A stretch of DNA of 64,000 nt from an uncultured Gemmatimonadales bacterium (GCA_963779755.1 CAVZZO010000001.1:192001-256000); one strand, 5' to 3'. Shown: positions 39,197 to 49,317, counted from the stretch's first letter. Translations and numbers: made by a program. The notes: a model not told the origin generated them from the sequence alone.

Positions 39197-39275
39197 CCGT
39201 AGCGGCCCGTCCGTCGGCCACTCTGACATCCGGCTTGCCACTTTTGCCGAAGATCTGCCCGCCCGGCAACCCCGG

Positions 39276-40724
39276 TCAGGAGCGGCCCGCCACTTCGGCC
39301 TCGGGGAATTCGACCGGGTAGCCGTTCCGTTCCCAGGCGGCGAAACCGCCCAGCAGATTCACCACGTTGCGATAGCCCCGGGCCTGGAGCAGGCTGGCGG
39401 CGATATGTGACCGGCTCCCGCTCTGGCACTGCAGGACCACCGTCCCCTCCCGGGGAATCTCCGTGAGCCGGTCGGTCAGGTAGCCCAGCGGGATGTGGCG
39501 GGCCCCGGGAAGGTGGCCACTCCGCCATTCCGTTTCGCCCCGGACATCGACGATGGTGACCGCCTCCCGCGGCTGTTCTCTGAGCTCCGCCGGGCCAGTC
39601 TGATGCAGCGTATCGAAAGCCCGACCCTGTTCCTGCCATACGCCCAGCGCTCCGCTGCCGAAGTAGCCGGCAATGCGGTCGAGCCCGATCAGGGCCAGAT
39701 CACGGATGGCCCCGTCCAGCGCGTCGTGTCGCCGGCTGTCGACCAGGAGATAGACGTCACGGTCGTAGGCCAGGAGCCATCCGGCCCAAGTGGTGAAGCT
39801 CCGGTCGAAGGGAATGCTGATGGTGCCCGGAACATGAGCGGCCGCGTAATCCGCCCCGTCCCGGGTGTCGACGACCACCGCCCCTTCCGCGATGAGCCGG
39901 TCCAGCCGGTCGTCGGGCATGCGGGGCGGCGGATGGATCCCGCCCAGCGGCCGCGGGCCGTCGCGGTTGATGCGCTTCATCGTGGCGAAGTAGCGCGGCG
40001 GCTCGGGCTGGCCTTCCAGCACCCGGCGAACGAAGGTCTCCTCGTCCATCGGCTGGAGCGCCCAGTTGAAGAGCCGCTCGTACCCCAGGGTCGACTGGGG
40101 CATGGTGCTCATGCCCTTGCCGCAGGCGGATCCGGCGCCGTGGCCGGGCCAGACCTGCAGATAGTCCGGCAATTCCTTCAGCCGCCCCAGGCTGTGAAAG
40201 AGAAGCCGGGCCGCCACGTCGGCGGAGCCGGCTATTCTGGCGGCCTTCTCCAGCAGATCCGGCCGGCCCACGTCCCGCGCGAAGAGAAAATCTCCGGACA
40301 GGAGGCCCATGGGGCGGTCGCCGGCCGCCCGGTCGGTCACCAGAAAGACGACATGCTCCGGTGTATGCCCGGGCGTGTGGAGCGCCTGGAACGCCACGTT
40401 GCCGATGCGGAAGCCGAAGCCGTCGCTCAGCAGGATAGCGCCGGATTCGGCGGCAAAGCCGTATTCCCAGCCGGGGCCGCCCAGCCCCGACAGGTAGAGC
40501 GTTGCACCGGTGCGCTGGGCCAGCTCCCGACTGCCGGACACGAAGTCCGCGTGGATGTGGGTCTCCGTCACCGCGGTGATCTTGAGTCCCCGGGCCTCGG
40601 CCGCTTCCAGGTACTGGTCGATATCCCGGTTGGGATCCACCACGACCGCCTCCCCGCAGGCCGCGCATCCGACCAGGTAGCTCGCCTGCGCCAGGCTCTC
40701 GTCGTAGATGCGGTCGAAAATCAT
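39276..40724 (-). CDS. MBL-fold persulfide dioxygenase-rhodanese fusion (CstB-like)
   Basis: ETHIHADFVSG, HTPGHTPEH and PGHGAGSACG motifs. Two rhodanese domains, the last with QCQSGSRS. Confidence 0.9.
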   Translation of the reverse strand: MIFDRIYDESLAQASYLVGCAACGEAVVVDPNRDIDQYLEAAEARGLKITAVTETHIHADFVSGSRELAQRTGATLYLSGLGGPGWEYGFAAESGAILLSDGFGFRIGNVAFQALHTPGHTPEHVVFLVTDRAAGDRPMGLLSGDFLFARDVGRPDLLEKAARIAGSADVAARLLFHSLGRLKELPDYLQVWPGHGAGSACGKGMSTMPQSTLGYERLFNWALQPMDEETFVRRVLEGQPEPPRYFATMKRINRDGPRPLGGIHPPPRMPDDRLDRLIAEGAVVVDTRDGADYAAAHVPGTISIPFDRSFTTWAGWLLAYDRDVYLLVDSRRHDALDGAIRDLALIGLDRIAGYFGSGALGVWQEQGRAFDTLHQTGPAELREQPREAVTIVDVRGETEWRSGHLPGARHIPLGYLTDRLTEIPREGTVVLQCQSGSRSHIAASLLQARGYRNVVNLLGGFAAWERNGYPVEFPEAEVAGRS

Positions 40725-40728
40725 GCGC

Positions 40729-41532
40729 TCATTCTCCCGTTTCCGCCGCCGGCGCCGGGCCGGCATGGCGTTCTGGTTTGACCCTGCCCTTGACCAGCAC
40801 AAAGATGCCCATGACGATCAGGAAGACGGCAAATCCGCGCCGGAGCTGGTCCTGGGAGATGTATCGCACCATCCAGGTACCCAGTGCCACGCCGACAAAG
40901 GCTACCAGGCTGAACTCGCCCAGGAGCATCCAGTCCATTGGCACCCGGCCCAGATAGCCCGCCACCCCCGACGCGCAGTTCAGCGCGATCACGATGAGCG
41001 AAGTGCCGACCGCCTGCTTCATGGGGAGCGCCGCCAGCAGCACCAGCGCCGGCACGATCAGAAAACCGCCGCCCACTCCGAGCAGGCCGGTGAGGACGCC
41101 CACCCCGGCACCCACCAGCGCCACCGTGGCCGCGCCCTTCCCCCGTTCACCCTCCCCGGCCATTCGGGCGGCAATCGAGCGGGCGCCGGTAAACATGAAG
41201 ACCGCCGCCGCCAGCATGATGATGGCGAACAGGGCCAGCTGGAGGGACTCGCCCACATGAAGCGCCAGGCGCGCACCGAAGAAAGTGCCGATCATGGCGA
41301 CCGGGGTAAAGACCACCGCCGCGCGGAGATTGGTGTTGCCCGCTCTCCAGTGCCCCACCGCCCCCACCGCGCTGGTGAGGCCCACTACCACCAGGCTCAT
41401 GGCGATGGACTCCCTCACCCCGTAGCGCAGGACATAGACGAAGATCGGCACCGTCAGGATGGAGCCGCCGCCTCCCAGAATGCCGAGCGAGAGGCCGATA
41501 AGCACGGCGAGCGCGAGTCCGAGCAGGAGCAT
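40729..41532 (-). CDS. TauE/SafE sulfite exporter
   Basis: [14 protein letters not shown] and [14 protein letters not shown] repeats. Confidence 0.92.
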   Translation of the reverse strand: MLLLGLALAVLIGLSLGILGGGGSILTVPIFVYVLRYGVRESIAMSLVVVGLTSAVGAVGHWRAGNTNLRAAVVFTPVAMIGTFFGARLALHVGESLQLALFAIIMLAAAVFMFTGARSIAARMAGEGERGKGAATVALVGAGVGVLTGLLGVGGGFLIVPALVLLAALPMKQAVGTSLIVIALNCASGVAGYLGRVPMDWMLLGEFSLVAFVGVALGTWMVRYISQDQLRRGFAVFLIVMGIFVLVKGRVKPERHAGPAPAAETGE

Positions 41533-41596
41533 GGCGGCCGGGGGAAAGGGGATGCCTGAAGGGAAGCAGGAGAGGCCCGCGGGGACAACTGCCCGC

Positions 41597-41626
41597 TTGT
41601 CAACCAATCAACCATGTAGTTATATT
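41597..41626. promoter_or_regulatory. Divergent promoter with putative ArsR operator
   Basis: TTGACA on the minus strand (41598-41603). ATGTAGTTATAT (41614-41625) is 11/12 identical to the motif at 48236-48247. Confidence 0.55.
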
Positions 41627-41651
41627 TACGAGGTACCCCCGGGGAGCCGGC

Positions 41652-41972
41652 ATGCGACAGTTCAATGACGATACCGCCGATCTGGTCGCCGAGCGCTTTC
41701 AGGCGCTGGCCGAGCCCATGCGGCTCCGCCTGCTGAACGCGCTGCGGGGCGGCGAACGCACGGTGGGCGAGCTGGTCGAACGGGTGGAAGCCGGCCAGGC
41801 AAACGTCTCCAAACACCTGCAACTCCTCTTCCGCCACGGATTTGTAGAGCGCAGGAAAGAAGGCGTCAACACGTTCTATCGTATCGCCGATCCCAAGGTG
41901 TTCGAGCTGTGCGACCTGGTCTGCGGCGGGCTGCAGAAGGAGCTGGACCAGAAGCGGAAACTGTTCCGGTAG
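41652..41972 (+). CDS. ArsR/SmtB-family repressor
   Basis: FQALAEPMRLRLL, TVGELVE, QANVSKHL and YRIADP motifs, with C-terminal LCDLVC. Confidence 0.92.
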   Translation: MRQFNDDTADLVAERFQALAEPMRLRLLNALRGGERTVGELVERVEAGQANVSKHLQLLFRHGFVERRKEGVNTFYRIADPKVFELCDLVCGGLQKELDQKRKLFR

Positions 41973-41975
41973 GAC

Positions 41976-42084
41976 CGTGAGGCGTAAGGGGTCAGGCGTG
42001 ATCGGCCCGCTCACGCCTCACGCCTCACGCCTCACGCCTCACGCCTCACGCCTCACGCCTCACGCCTCACGCCTCACGCCTCAC
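41976..42084. repeat. Heptamer tandem repeat (CTCACGC)x10 with degenerate inverted copies
   Basis: Ten exact copies at 42010-42079 plus a partial one. CGTGAGGCGT..GGCGTGA at 41976-42000 can pair with them. Confidence 0.95.
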
Positions 42085-42102
42085 CAAGCTAAATCGTCCT
42101 GA

Positions 42103-42315
42103 TTACGGCTTCCCCGCCGCCGGCTCGCACCCGAATATTTTTCCTGCCCCCAGCAGCCGCTCCAGCAGGCACCAGTGGGTGAAGCTGGACTGCAGCAGAT
42201 TCAGGCCGACGAACGCGGTAAACAAGAGCCACCAGGGGCTTACCCACCAGGCCAGCGCGAGCGACACCAGGACGAACGTTCCGGCGAACCGGCGAATGAT
42301 CTTGTCTGGACACAT
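42103..42315 (-). CDS. DUF2892/YgaP-like small membrane protein
   Basis: IRRFAG, WLLFTAFVGLNLLQSSFTHWC and GAGGAG RBS. Confidence 0.85.
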   Translation of the reverse strand: MCPDKIIRRFAGTFVLVSLALAWWVSPWWLLFTAFVGLNLLQSSFTHWCLLERLLGAGKIFGCEPAAGKP

Positions 42316-42327
42316 CGGGCATTCTCC

Positions 42328-42618
42328 TCAGTAGAACTGTTCGATAGGCAGAACGGCCGCATGCAGGCGCTCACCGGCCGGCATCGCCTCCGCCTGATTC
42401 CTGAGCCGTGCCATCAGCGGGTCCACCCGGTCCTGGGGGACGATGCTGAAGAACACGGCGCTTTCGCCCGGCCAGGCCCGGCTGCCTTCGCGCCGGCCGG
42501 TGGTGCCGACTCCGTGGGCCCGGTCCAACTCGGTATAGCCCACCGCCGCGGCGGCATCGAGCAGATCGCGCACCAGGCCGGGGTTCGACCCGCTGTAGGT
42601 AATGACCACCATGCGCAT
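42328..42618 (-). CDS. PII-like transporter-associated protein
   Basis: GYTELDRAHGVGTTG..G..AWPG pattern. Coupled to the RND stop codon. Confidence 0.7.
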   Translation of the reverse strand: MRMVVITYSGSNPGLVRDLLDAAAAVGYTELDRAHGVGTTGRREGSRAWPGESAVFFSIVPQDRVDPLMARLRNQAEAMPAGERLHAAVLPIEQFY

Positions 42619-45600
42619 CAGGCCACCGTCCTTTCACGCCGCCGCAACTCCCAGTAGAGCAGCGGGACCACGACCATGGTGAGCAGCGTCGCCACCACGG
42701 CGCCGCTGATGAGCGCCACCGCCAGTCCCTGGAAGATCGGGTCGAGCACCATCACCAGCCCGCCCACCACCACCGCCGCCGCCGTGAGGGCGATGGGCCG
42801 GAACCGCACGGCGCCGGCCTCGAGCACCGCCTCGCTCAGCGTGCGGCCGCGCGCCAGCGCCAGCTCGATGAAATCCACCAGCAGGATCGAGTTGCGGACG
42901 ATGATGCCGGCCAGCGCGATCATGCCGATCATGCTGGTCGCGGTGAAGAAGGCCCCGGTGAGGGCATGGCCGGGCAGAATGCCGATCAGGGTGAGCGGAA
43001 TCGGCGCCATGATTACCAGCGGGATCTTGAACGACTGGAACCAGCCGACCACCAGGACATAGATGAGGACCAGCACCGCGGCGAAGGCCAGCCCCAGATC
43101 CCGGAAGACCTCGATGGTGATCTGCCACTCGCCGTCCCATTTCATGGCCGTTTCGTCCAGCCGGTCCGGCTGCACGGCGTTGTAACGGTGGATCGAGGCT
43201 CCCCGCACCCGCACGGTGTCGAGCGCGCGGTTCATCGCCAGGATCGCATACACCGGCGATTCGATCGTCCCGGCGACATCGCCCGTCACGTAGATCACCG
43301 GCCGCAGGTTCTTGCGATAGCGGCTGGGGGCCTGGGAGGTGGAGTCCATCCGTACGAACCGGCCCAGGGGCGCCGGGCCGCTGGCGGTCGCCACCGGAAG
43401 CGCCAGCAGCGCCTCGACGCTGCTCCGCTGGTCCAGGGGCAGCCGCGGCACCAGGGCCACGCCTTCCCGGGCGGTGGGCTGGCTCACCAGCCCGGCGCCT
43501 CCGCCGGACAGCGCCAGCGCGACCGTCTGGCTGATCTGCTCCACATCGGCCCCGGCGCGGGCGGCCAGCACCCGGTCCACCTCGAGCGACTCCTTGGGCT
43601 GGGGCGCCTCGACCGTCCAGTCGACGTCCACCACGCCGGGTGTCTGCTCGAAGACCGCCTTCACCCGGCGCGCGGCCTCCAGCCGGGTCGAGTCGTCCGC
43701 GGCGTAGACCTCCGCCACCAGCGTGGACAGCACCGGCGGGCCGGGAGGGATCTCGGCGATCTTGGCGCTGGCGCGGTAGCGACGGGCGATGGAATCCACC
43801 CCGGGCCGCACCGCGAGCGCGATCGCGTGGCTCTGGCGGCGGCGGTCGCCCTTGGCCAGCAGATTCACCTGCAGATCGGCGACCGCGGGGCCCCGGCGGA
43901 GGAAATAGTGCCGCACCAGACCGTTGAAGTTGAACGGCGCCGCGGTGCCGGCGTAGGTCTGTACGCTCTGCACCTCGGGCACGGTGCGCAGGTAGGTGGC
44001 GATTTCCCGGGCGGCGGCATTGCCCATCTCCAGGGTAGTGCCTTCGGGGAAATCCAGCACCACCTGGAACTCGCTCTTGTTGTCGAAGGGCAGCATCTTC
44101 ACCTGGACGATGCGGAGCCCCAGGAGGCCCACCGACAGCAGGAGCAATACACCGACGCCCGCATAGAACCCGTAGCGCCGCCGCGGCCGTTCCATGAGCG
44201 GCTGCATGACCCCGGCATACAGACGGGCAAACCGTCCCTGCTCTTCGGGCTCATGCACACGGTCGGGCCGGGGATGCGATTTGCGTACATGTCCCCGGAG
44301 CAGGCGCAGGGCCAGATACGGAGTGATGATGAACGCCACGGCCAGCGAGGCCAGCATCGCCGCCGAGGCTCCGATGGGAATGGGCCGCATGTAGGGGCCC
44401 ATCAGTCCCGAGACGAACGCCATCGGCAGGATGGCCGCAATGACCGTAAAGGTGGCCAGGATGGTGGGATTCCCCACCTCGTCCACCCCTTCGACCGCGG
44501 CTTCTTCCGGGGTACGGTCCCCCATCTGGAGATGGCGATAGATGTTCTCCACCACCACGATGGCGTCGTCCACCAGGATGCCTATCGAGAAGATCAGCGC
44601 AAAGAGCGTGATCCGGTTGAGCGTGTACCCCAGGGCATAGTAGACGAACAGCGTGAGTGCCAGCGTGACCGGGACCGCCACCAGCACCACCAGCGCCTCC
44701 CGCCACCCCAGGAAGATCCCGATCAGCAGCGTCACCGAAAGGGTTGCGATCAGCAGGTGCAGGATCAGCTCGTTGGCCTTGTCGCTCGCCGTCTCGCCGT
44801 AGTCGCGCGTGACCTCCATGTGCACATCGGCCGGCAGCAGCCTGGTCCGGGCCTGCTCGACCCGCCCCAGCACCGCGTGTGCGACGACCGTCGCGTTGGC
44901 CCCGTGGCGCTTGGAGACGGCGATTACCACTGCGTTGTCGTGCCCCGCCCCGGTGCCCTGGTGCGTCACATAGCTGGTCCGGTCGCCGAAACCGTCGCTG
45001 ATGCGCGCCACGTCGCGCAGGTATACCGGGGCGCCGGAGCGGGTGCTGACCACCACCTCACCGACGTCGCCGGCGGTCTGGAGCGGCGCGCCCACGCTCA
45101 CCAGCACGACATGGTTGGCCTCCGCCACATCCCCTGCCGGCAGCCGGGCGTTCGCTCCCTTGAGCGCCATGACCACCTCGCCCGGGGTGACGCCGCTGGC
45201 CGCCAGGCGGGCCGGCTCCAGATCCACCCGCATCACCCGCGGCTCGCCCCCGACCACGAAGGTCTGCGCCACATCGGGAATGGTACGGATCTCGTCTTCC
45301 AGGTGGGCAGCCACCTGCCGGAGTTCGTTCGAGCCGTAGTCGGACGAGTGCAGTGTCAGCGTGAGGATGGGCACGTCGTCGATGGAATGCGGCTTCACCA
45401 GCGGCGGCGTGGCGCCGGGCGGCGCCTGATCCATGGCGGCGAACAGCTTGGCGTGTACCTTGGTGACGCTCACTTCCTGGTCCTCGCCCACCTTGAAACG
45501 GACGGTGACCAGCGTCATGCCCTCCCCCGCCATGCTGTACACGTACTCCACCCCGGGGATCTCCCACATCCGGCGCTCGATAGGCCGGGTGAGCAGATTT

Positions 45601-45788
45601 TCCACCTCCGTGGGTGAGGCGCCCGGCAGGGCCACGATCACGTCGATCATGGGCACCGAAATCTGCGGCTCCTCCTCCCGCGGCGTCGCGATGATCGCCA
45701 GGGCGCCGGCCGCGAGCGACGCGAGCGTCACCAGCGGCGTCAGCTTGGAGCGCAGAAAGGCGTGGGCGACGCGTCCCGCAATACCCAT
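42618..45788 (-). CDS. RND permease
   Basis: SKLTPL..TPREEEPQISVP, GILVDDAIVVVEN, KMLPFDNKSEFQ and RFRPIALT motifs. Confidence 0.93.
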   Translation of the reverse strand: MGIAGRVAHAFLRSKLTPLVTLASLAAGALAIIATPREEEPQISVPMIDVIVALPGASPTEVENLLTRPIERRMWEIPGVEYVYSMAGEGMTLVTVRFKVGEDQEVSVTKVHAKLFAAMDQAPPGATPPLVKPHSIDDVPILTLTLHSSDYGSNELRQVAAHLEDEIRTIPDVAQTFVVGGEPRVMRVDLEPARLAASGVTPGEVVMALKGANARLPAGDVAEANHVVLVSVGAPLQTAGDVGEVVVSTRSGAPVYLRDVARISDGFGDRTSYVTHQGTGAGHDNAVVIAVSKRHGANATVVAHAVLGRVEQARTRLLPADVHMEVTRDYGETASDKANELILHLLIATLSVTLLIGIFLGWREALVVLVAVPVTLALTLFVYYALGYTLNRITLFALIFSIGILVDDAIVVVENIYRHLQMGDRTPEEAAVEGVDEVGNPTILATFTVIAAILPMAFVSGLMGPYMRPIPIGASAAMLASLAVAFIITPYLALRLLRGHVRKSHPRPDRVHEPEEQGRFARLYAGVMQPLMERPRRRYGFYAGVGVLLLLSVGLLGLRIVQVKMLPFDNKSEFQVVLDFPEGTTLEMGNAAAREIATYLRTVPEVQSVQTYAGTAAPFNFNGLVRHYFLRRGPAVADLQVNLLAKGDRRRQSHAIALAVRPGVDSIARRYRASAKIAEIPPGPPVLSTLVAEVYAADDSTRLEAARRVKAVFEQTPGVVDVDWTVEAPQPKESLEVDRVLAARAGADVEQISQTVALALSGGGAGLVSQPTAREGVALVPRLPLDQRSSVEALLALPVATASGPAPLGRFVRMDSTSQAPSRYRKNLRPVIYVTGDVAGTIESPVYAILAMNRALDTVRVRGASIHRYNAVQPDRLDETAMKWDGEWQITIEVFRDLGLAFAAVLVLIYVLVVGWFQSFKIPLVIMAPIPLTLIGILPGHALTGAFFTATSMIGMIALAGIIVRNSILLVDFIELALARGRTLSEAVLEAGAVRFRPIALTAAAVVVGGLVMVLDPIFQGLAVALISGAVVATLLTMVVVPLLYWELRRRERTVA

Positions 45789-45790
45789 GA

Positions 45791-46831
45791 TTACCGCCCT
45801 CCCCCCAGATCGGCCTGCGGGATGATCACCCGGTCGCCTGCGGCCAGTCCGGCGGCCACCTCCACCAGATTCCCCGCCGGCTGCCCCAGCCGGACCCATC
45901 GGAGCTCATTGCCCGCCGGGGTGACGAGATACACGCCGGTGAGGTCGCCCTGCCGGACAATGGCATCCTGGGGAACCAGCACCGCCGCGCGCCGGCCCCG
46001 CACCAGCAGGAGCGTCGCCGCGGCGCCGCTCGGCAGGCCCCGCCCCGGGTTGGGGACCAGGGCGTTCACCTGCACCAGGTTGCCCCGGCCGGCCGGAACG
46101 ATGCCTTCGATGGTGGCCGCCACGGCGGAGTCCTCGACCGTTGCCCGGATGGAGTCGCCCGCGTGATACCCGCGCACCGCCTCCGGGGCGGCCCAGGCGG
46201 AGAGACGAAGCCGGGAGGCGTCCTCGACCGTCACCAGGGGCGCGCCGGGGGCGGCGAAGGCGCCCGCATCTACAAACCGGCGGGTCAGGCGGCCGCTGAA
46301 GGGCGCGCGCACTTCGGAGTAGCCGGCCACCGCTTCCAGTTCCTGTCCTGCCGCCCGCGCCGCCTCCATACCCGCCTCCGCCCGGGCGAGCCCGGTCTCG
46401 GCCGCGTCGAGCTGCGCCTTGGGCGCGGCGCTGTCGGCGTACAGCGATCGCAGGCGCGCTGCCTGCACCCGGGCGTCCTGTAACACCGCCTCGGCGGCGG
46501 CCTGGGAGGCCTGTACCTGGGCACGCTTGGCGTTCAGCTCGCGGGCATCGATCCGCACCAGCACCTGCCCCGCCTGCACCGGCGCCCCTTCCACTGCCGT
46601 CACCGCCACCACGGTCCCCATGATCTTGGTGCTGAGCGTCGACTGCTGCACCGCCTGGGCGACGCCGGAGACCGGGAGCACCTGGTCGATCATCGTATCG
46701 GGCACCACGAACACCGAGCCCGTGACCCGGGCGCCCGCCTCGGTGTGGCGCACGTCCTCGCCCCGGCCGCAGGCCGCCGGTCCCGCCACCAGCAGCAACA
46801 CCCCGAGCCCTCTTATGAAAAGCGATCGCAT
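45791..46831 (-). CDS. RND membrane-fusion lipoprotein
   Basis: AACG lipobox-like sequence and YSEVRAPFSG. Confidence 0.9.
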   Translation of the reverse strand: MRSLFIRGLGVLLLVAGPAACGRGEDVRHTEAGARVTGSVFVVPDTMIDQVLPVSGVAQAVQQSTLSTKIMGTVVAVTAVEGAPVQAGQVLVRIDARELNAKRAQVQASQAAAEAVLQDARVQAARLRSLYADSAAPKAQLDAAETGLARAEAGMEAARAAGQELEAVAGYSEVRAPFSGRLTRRFVDAGAFAAPGAPLVTVEDASRLRLSAWAAPEAVRGYHAGDSIRATVEDSAVAATIEGIVPAGRGNLVQVNALVPNPGRGLPSGAAATLLLVRGRRAAVLVPQDAIVRQGDLTGVYLVTPAGNELRWVRLGQPAGNLVEVAAGLAAGDRVIIPQADLGGGR

Positions 46832-46838
46832 CCTTGCC

Positions 46839-48200
46839 TCATTCCGAAAGAACGGTACGCGCCGGATCGGGCCGACCCTGCGCCTGACGCAGCGCCACCG
46901 CGGCGACCAGCACCTGATAGCGTGCGTCCGCCAGCCGCAGCTGCTGCTGGGTGGTGGTGGCGTCGGCGCCCAGCAGCTCTACCACCGTCGCCAGGCCGCC
47001 GGCGTACTTTTTCGCCACGATGCGCGCCGCTTCGGCACTCTGGCTCACTGCGCCGCTGGCGATGTCGAGACGGGCCAGCGCGACATCGAGATCGCTCCGG
47101 CGCTGCGCCAGCTCCAGCTCCGCCTGTGCCCGCGCCCCTTCGGCTTGCGCCCGGGCGACATCCAGCTGTCCACCCGCACGCTGCACCTCCGAAAGCTGCC
47201 GGCCCCCGCTCCAGAGTGACCAACTGGCCATCAGGCCCACCGTCCAGCTCCGGCTGCCCTGGAAGGGACCGCCGGCGGCGTTCCAGTCGTACCGGGCGAA
47301 CGAGTTGAGACGGGGCAGGTAGGCCGCGCGAGCGCGCGCCACGTTCCGGCTCGCGGCCGCGGCACCGAGCTCGGCGGCCCGTACATCGCTCCGGTCCTGC
47401 AGCGCGGACGAGTCGTCCTCGCCGGCCAGCGCCCGGAGCCGGGCGGCCGGCGGCAGATCGGCGGGAAGGGTGAATGCGGTGTCCGCGGGGGAACCCAGCA
47501 GGACCGCCAGCTGCCGCCGGGCAATCCGCGCATTACTCCGTGCCGCGATGAGGCTGGCCTCGACGTCACCGGCCCGGACCTGGGCCTGGAGCACATCGGA
47601 GTGCGTGACCAGTCCGTTCCGCGCCAAGGATTCGGCTTGGCGCGCGTGCTCCTGCGCGGCGCGCAGACCCGCTTCCAGAGTCTGGACCTGCAGACCGGCC
47701 AGCACCGCCCCGTAATAGGCGCGCACCACCTCCACCTGCACCGACCCGTGGGTCCAGTCCCGAGCGGCATCCTCGGCTCCGGCCGCGCGCGCCGCCGCCG
47801 ACCGCCCCAACCAGGCATCCACATTGATGAGCGGCTGCTCCACGACCAGGCCGCCGCCGTAATTGTCGATGGCGGCCGGGTCGTTGAGGCGGCTGGGATC
47901 GAAGGCGGCCTGGGTGACGGCCCGCTGCTTCAGCAACAGTCCGAAGGCGGTCAGCGGTTCGGTGCTGCGGACGTACCCCGCCTCGGCATGCACCGACGGC
48001 AGGAACCCCGCCAGGGCGGCGGTACGGTCGGCGGCGCGCACCCGGACGGCCCCGTCGGCCATGCGGTTGGCATAGGCCGACTGCTCGGCTCGACGCAACG
48101 CCTCCCGCAGCGTGAGCTGCCCCTCCTGCGCCGAGAGCGGCACCAGCGGGGGCAGCACCAGCGCGAGGACCAGCCATCGGACTGCGGAAACCCGTCTCAC
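46839..48200 (-). CDS. TolC-family outer-membrane protein
   Basis: Signal peptide, OEP repeats, KYAGGLATVVELLGA. Confidence 0.9.
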   Translation of the reverse strand: MRRVSAVRWLVLALVLPPLVPLSAQEGQLTLREALRRAEQSAYANRMADGAVRVRAADRTAALAGFLPSVHAEAGYVRSTEPLTAFGLLLKQRAVTQAAFDPSRLNDPAAIDNYGGGLVVEQPLINVDAWLGRSAAARAAGAEDAARDWTHGSVQVEVVRAYYGAVLAGLQVQTLEAGLRAAQEHARQAESLARNGLVTHSDVLQAQVRAGDVEASLIAARSNARIARRQLAVLLGSPADTAFTLPADLPPAARLRALAGEDDSSALQDRSDVRAAELGAAAASRNVARARAAYLPRLNSFARYDWNAAGGPFQGSRSWTVGLMASWSLWSGGRQLSEVQRAGGQLDVARAQAEGARAQAELELAQRRSDLDVALARLDIASGAVSQSAEAARIVAKKYAGGLATVVELLGADATTTQQQLRLADARYQVLVAAVALRQAQGRPDPARTVLSE

Positions 48201-48221
48201 GTGCGCTCCAGGGGCATGCGA

Positions 48222-48260
48222 ATTATGACATAACTATATAACTATATGTTAATATGTCAA
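48222..48260 (-). promoter_or_regulatory. AT-rich sigma70-type promoter with putative ArsR operator
   Basis: TTGACA (48260-48255), 16 nt, TATAGT. ATATAGTTATAT motif shared with the tauE/arsR intergenic region. Confidence 0.65.
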
Positions 48261-48334
48261 CGGCCCGTATGGAACGCAAGGAGGGGCGGCCGCCGGCCGC
48301 CCCCGCTTGGTTGGTGCCGAGGTGCGCCGGGTCG

Positions 48335-49261
48335 CTACGGCACGCGCCAGAACTCCACGGTGTTGCCGGTAAAGATGGGCACGCCCAGCAGCCCGGTCTC
48401 CCTGTCCAGACCAATATCGGCCGGAGAGGCGACGCCATGGATGAGGGGCACGACCCGGCCGCTGTCCACTACGTCCACCGTACTGTCCGCCCAGCTGGAG
48501 ACCAGGATACGGCCGTTCTTCTCCAGCGCGACGCCGTCGAAGGTGCCCGGGCCGCTGGCCAGCACCGTCGGCGCCTGTCCCGGGGTCCAGGACAGGATGC
48601 GGGAGCCGGTGAGCTGCACCACGAGAAAGCGGTCCTGCCCCGCGTCCCAGGCAATACCGTTGGGCCCCCCCAGGGAATCGCCTTCCACCGCGACCCGCAC
48701 CGAATGATCCGGGGCGATGGCATAGATCCGGTCCGGTCCAGGATGCGACATCTGGCCCAGGCTGTCGAATTCGATGCCGGTGTCGGTCACGTAGAGGGTA
48801 TCGCCGGGGCCGGCCACGACATCATTGAGAAATTGGGCGCCCGGCAGCGGGATGGACGCCACCGCCGCGGCCGACCGGCGGTTGAAGCCGCGCAGGGCGT
48901 CAATGTCGGCGACCCAGAGCGTATCGCCGATCAGGGCCATGCCCTTGGGTGCGTTCAGGGTGATACCGCCGCGCCCGCCTTCGATGTACTTCAGCGAATC
49001 CACCTGGCCGGCACGATTCAGGACGCTGATGAACCCGTTGTTGTCTTTCGCGCTGGGGTTGCCGTTGATATTGCTGACGTACCACACGCCTTCCCCCGGC
49101 GCCCACATCACCGATTCGGGCGTCTGAAAGCCCTCGATCGTGGCGGCGCGCGCGGGAGTACTGGCGCTGTCGCTCTGCGCCTGGTGGTTGGGTTCGCGTC
49201 CCTGGCCGCACGCGGCCAGAGTGAGCAGTACCGTGCCGAGCAGGAGTCTCTGGTGCTGCAT
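48335..49261 (-). CDS. SMP-30/gluconolactonase-like beta-propeller lipoprotein
   Basis: LAAC lipobox, GFQTPESV, LNAPKGM, FLNDV, GPNGI and FDGV motifs. Confidence 0.8.
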   Translation of the reverse strand: MQHQRLLLGTVLLTLAACGQGREPNHQAQSDSASTPARAATIEGFQTPESVMWAPGEGVWYVSNINGNPSAKDNNGFISVLNRAGQVDSLKYIEGGRGGITLNAPKGMALIGDTLWVADIDALRGFNRRSAAAVASIPLPGAQFLNDVVAGPGDTLYVTDTGIEFDSLGQMSHPGPDRIYAIAPDHSVRVAVEGDSLGGPNGIAWDAGQDRFLVVQLTGSRILSWTPGQAPTVLASGPGTFDGVALEKNGRILVSSWADSTVDVVDSGRVVPLIHGVASPADIGLDRETGLLGVPIFTGNTVEFWRVP

Positions 49262-49317
49262 CCGTCCGCCTCCTTGGGAAAAGGGTCCAGGAGATTCTGC
49301 GTTCGGCGCCGCGCGAC

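Noticed and set aside
42010..42084. CRISPR array or coding repeat
   Set aside because: Pure 7-mer minisatellite without spacers, and intergenic.
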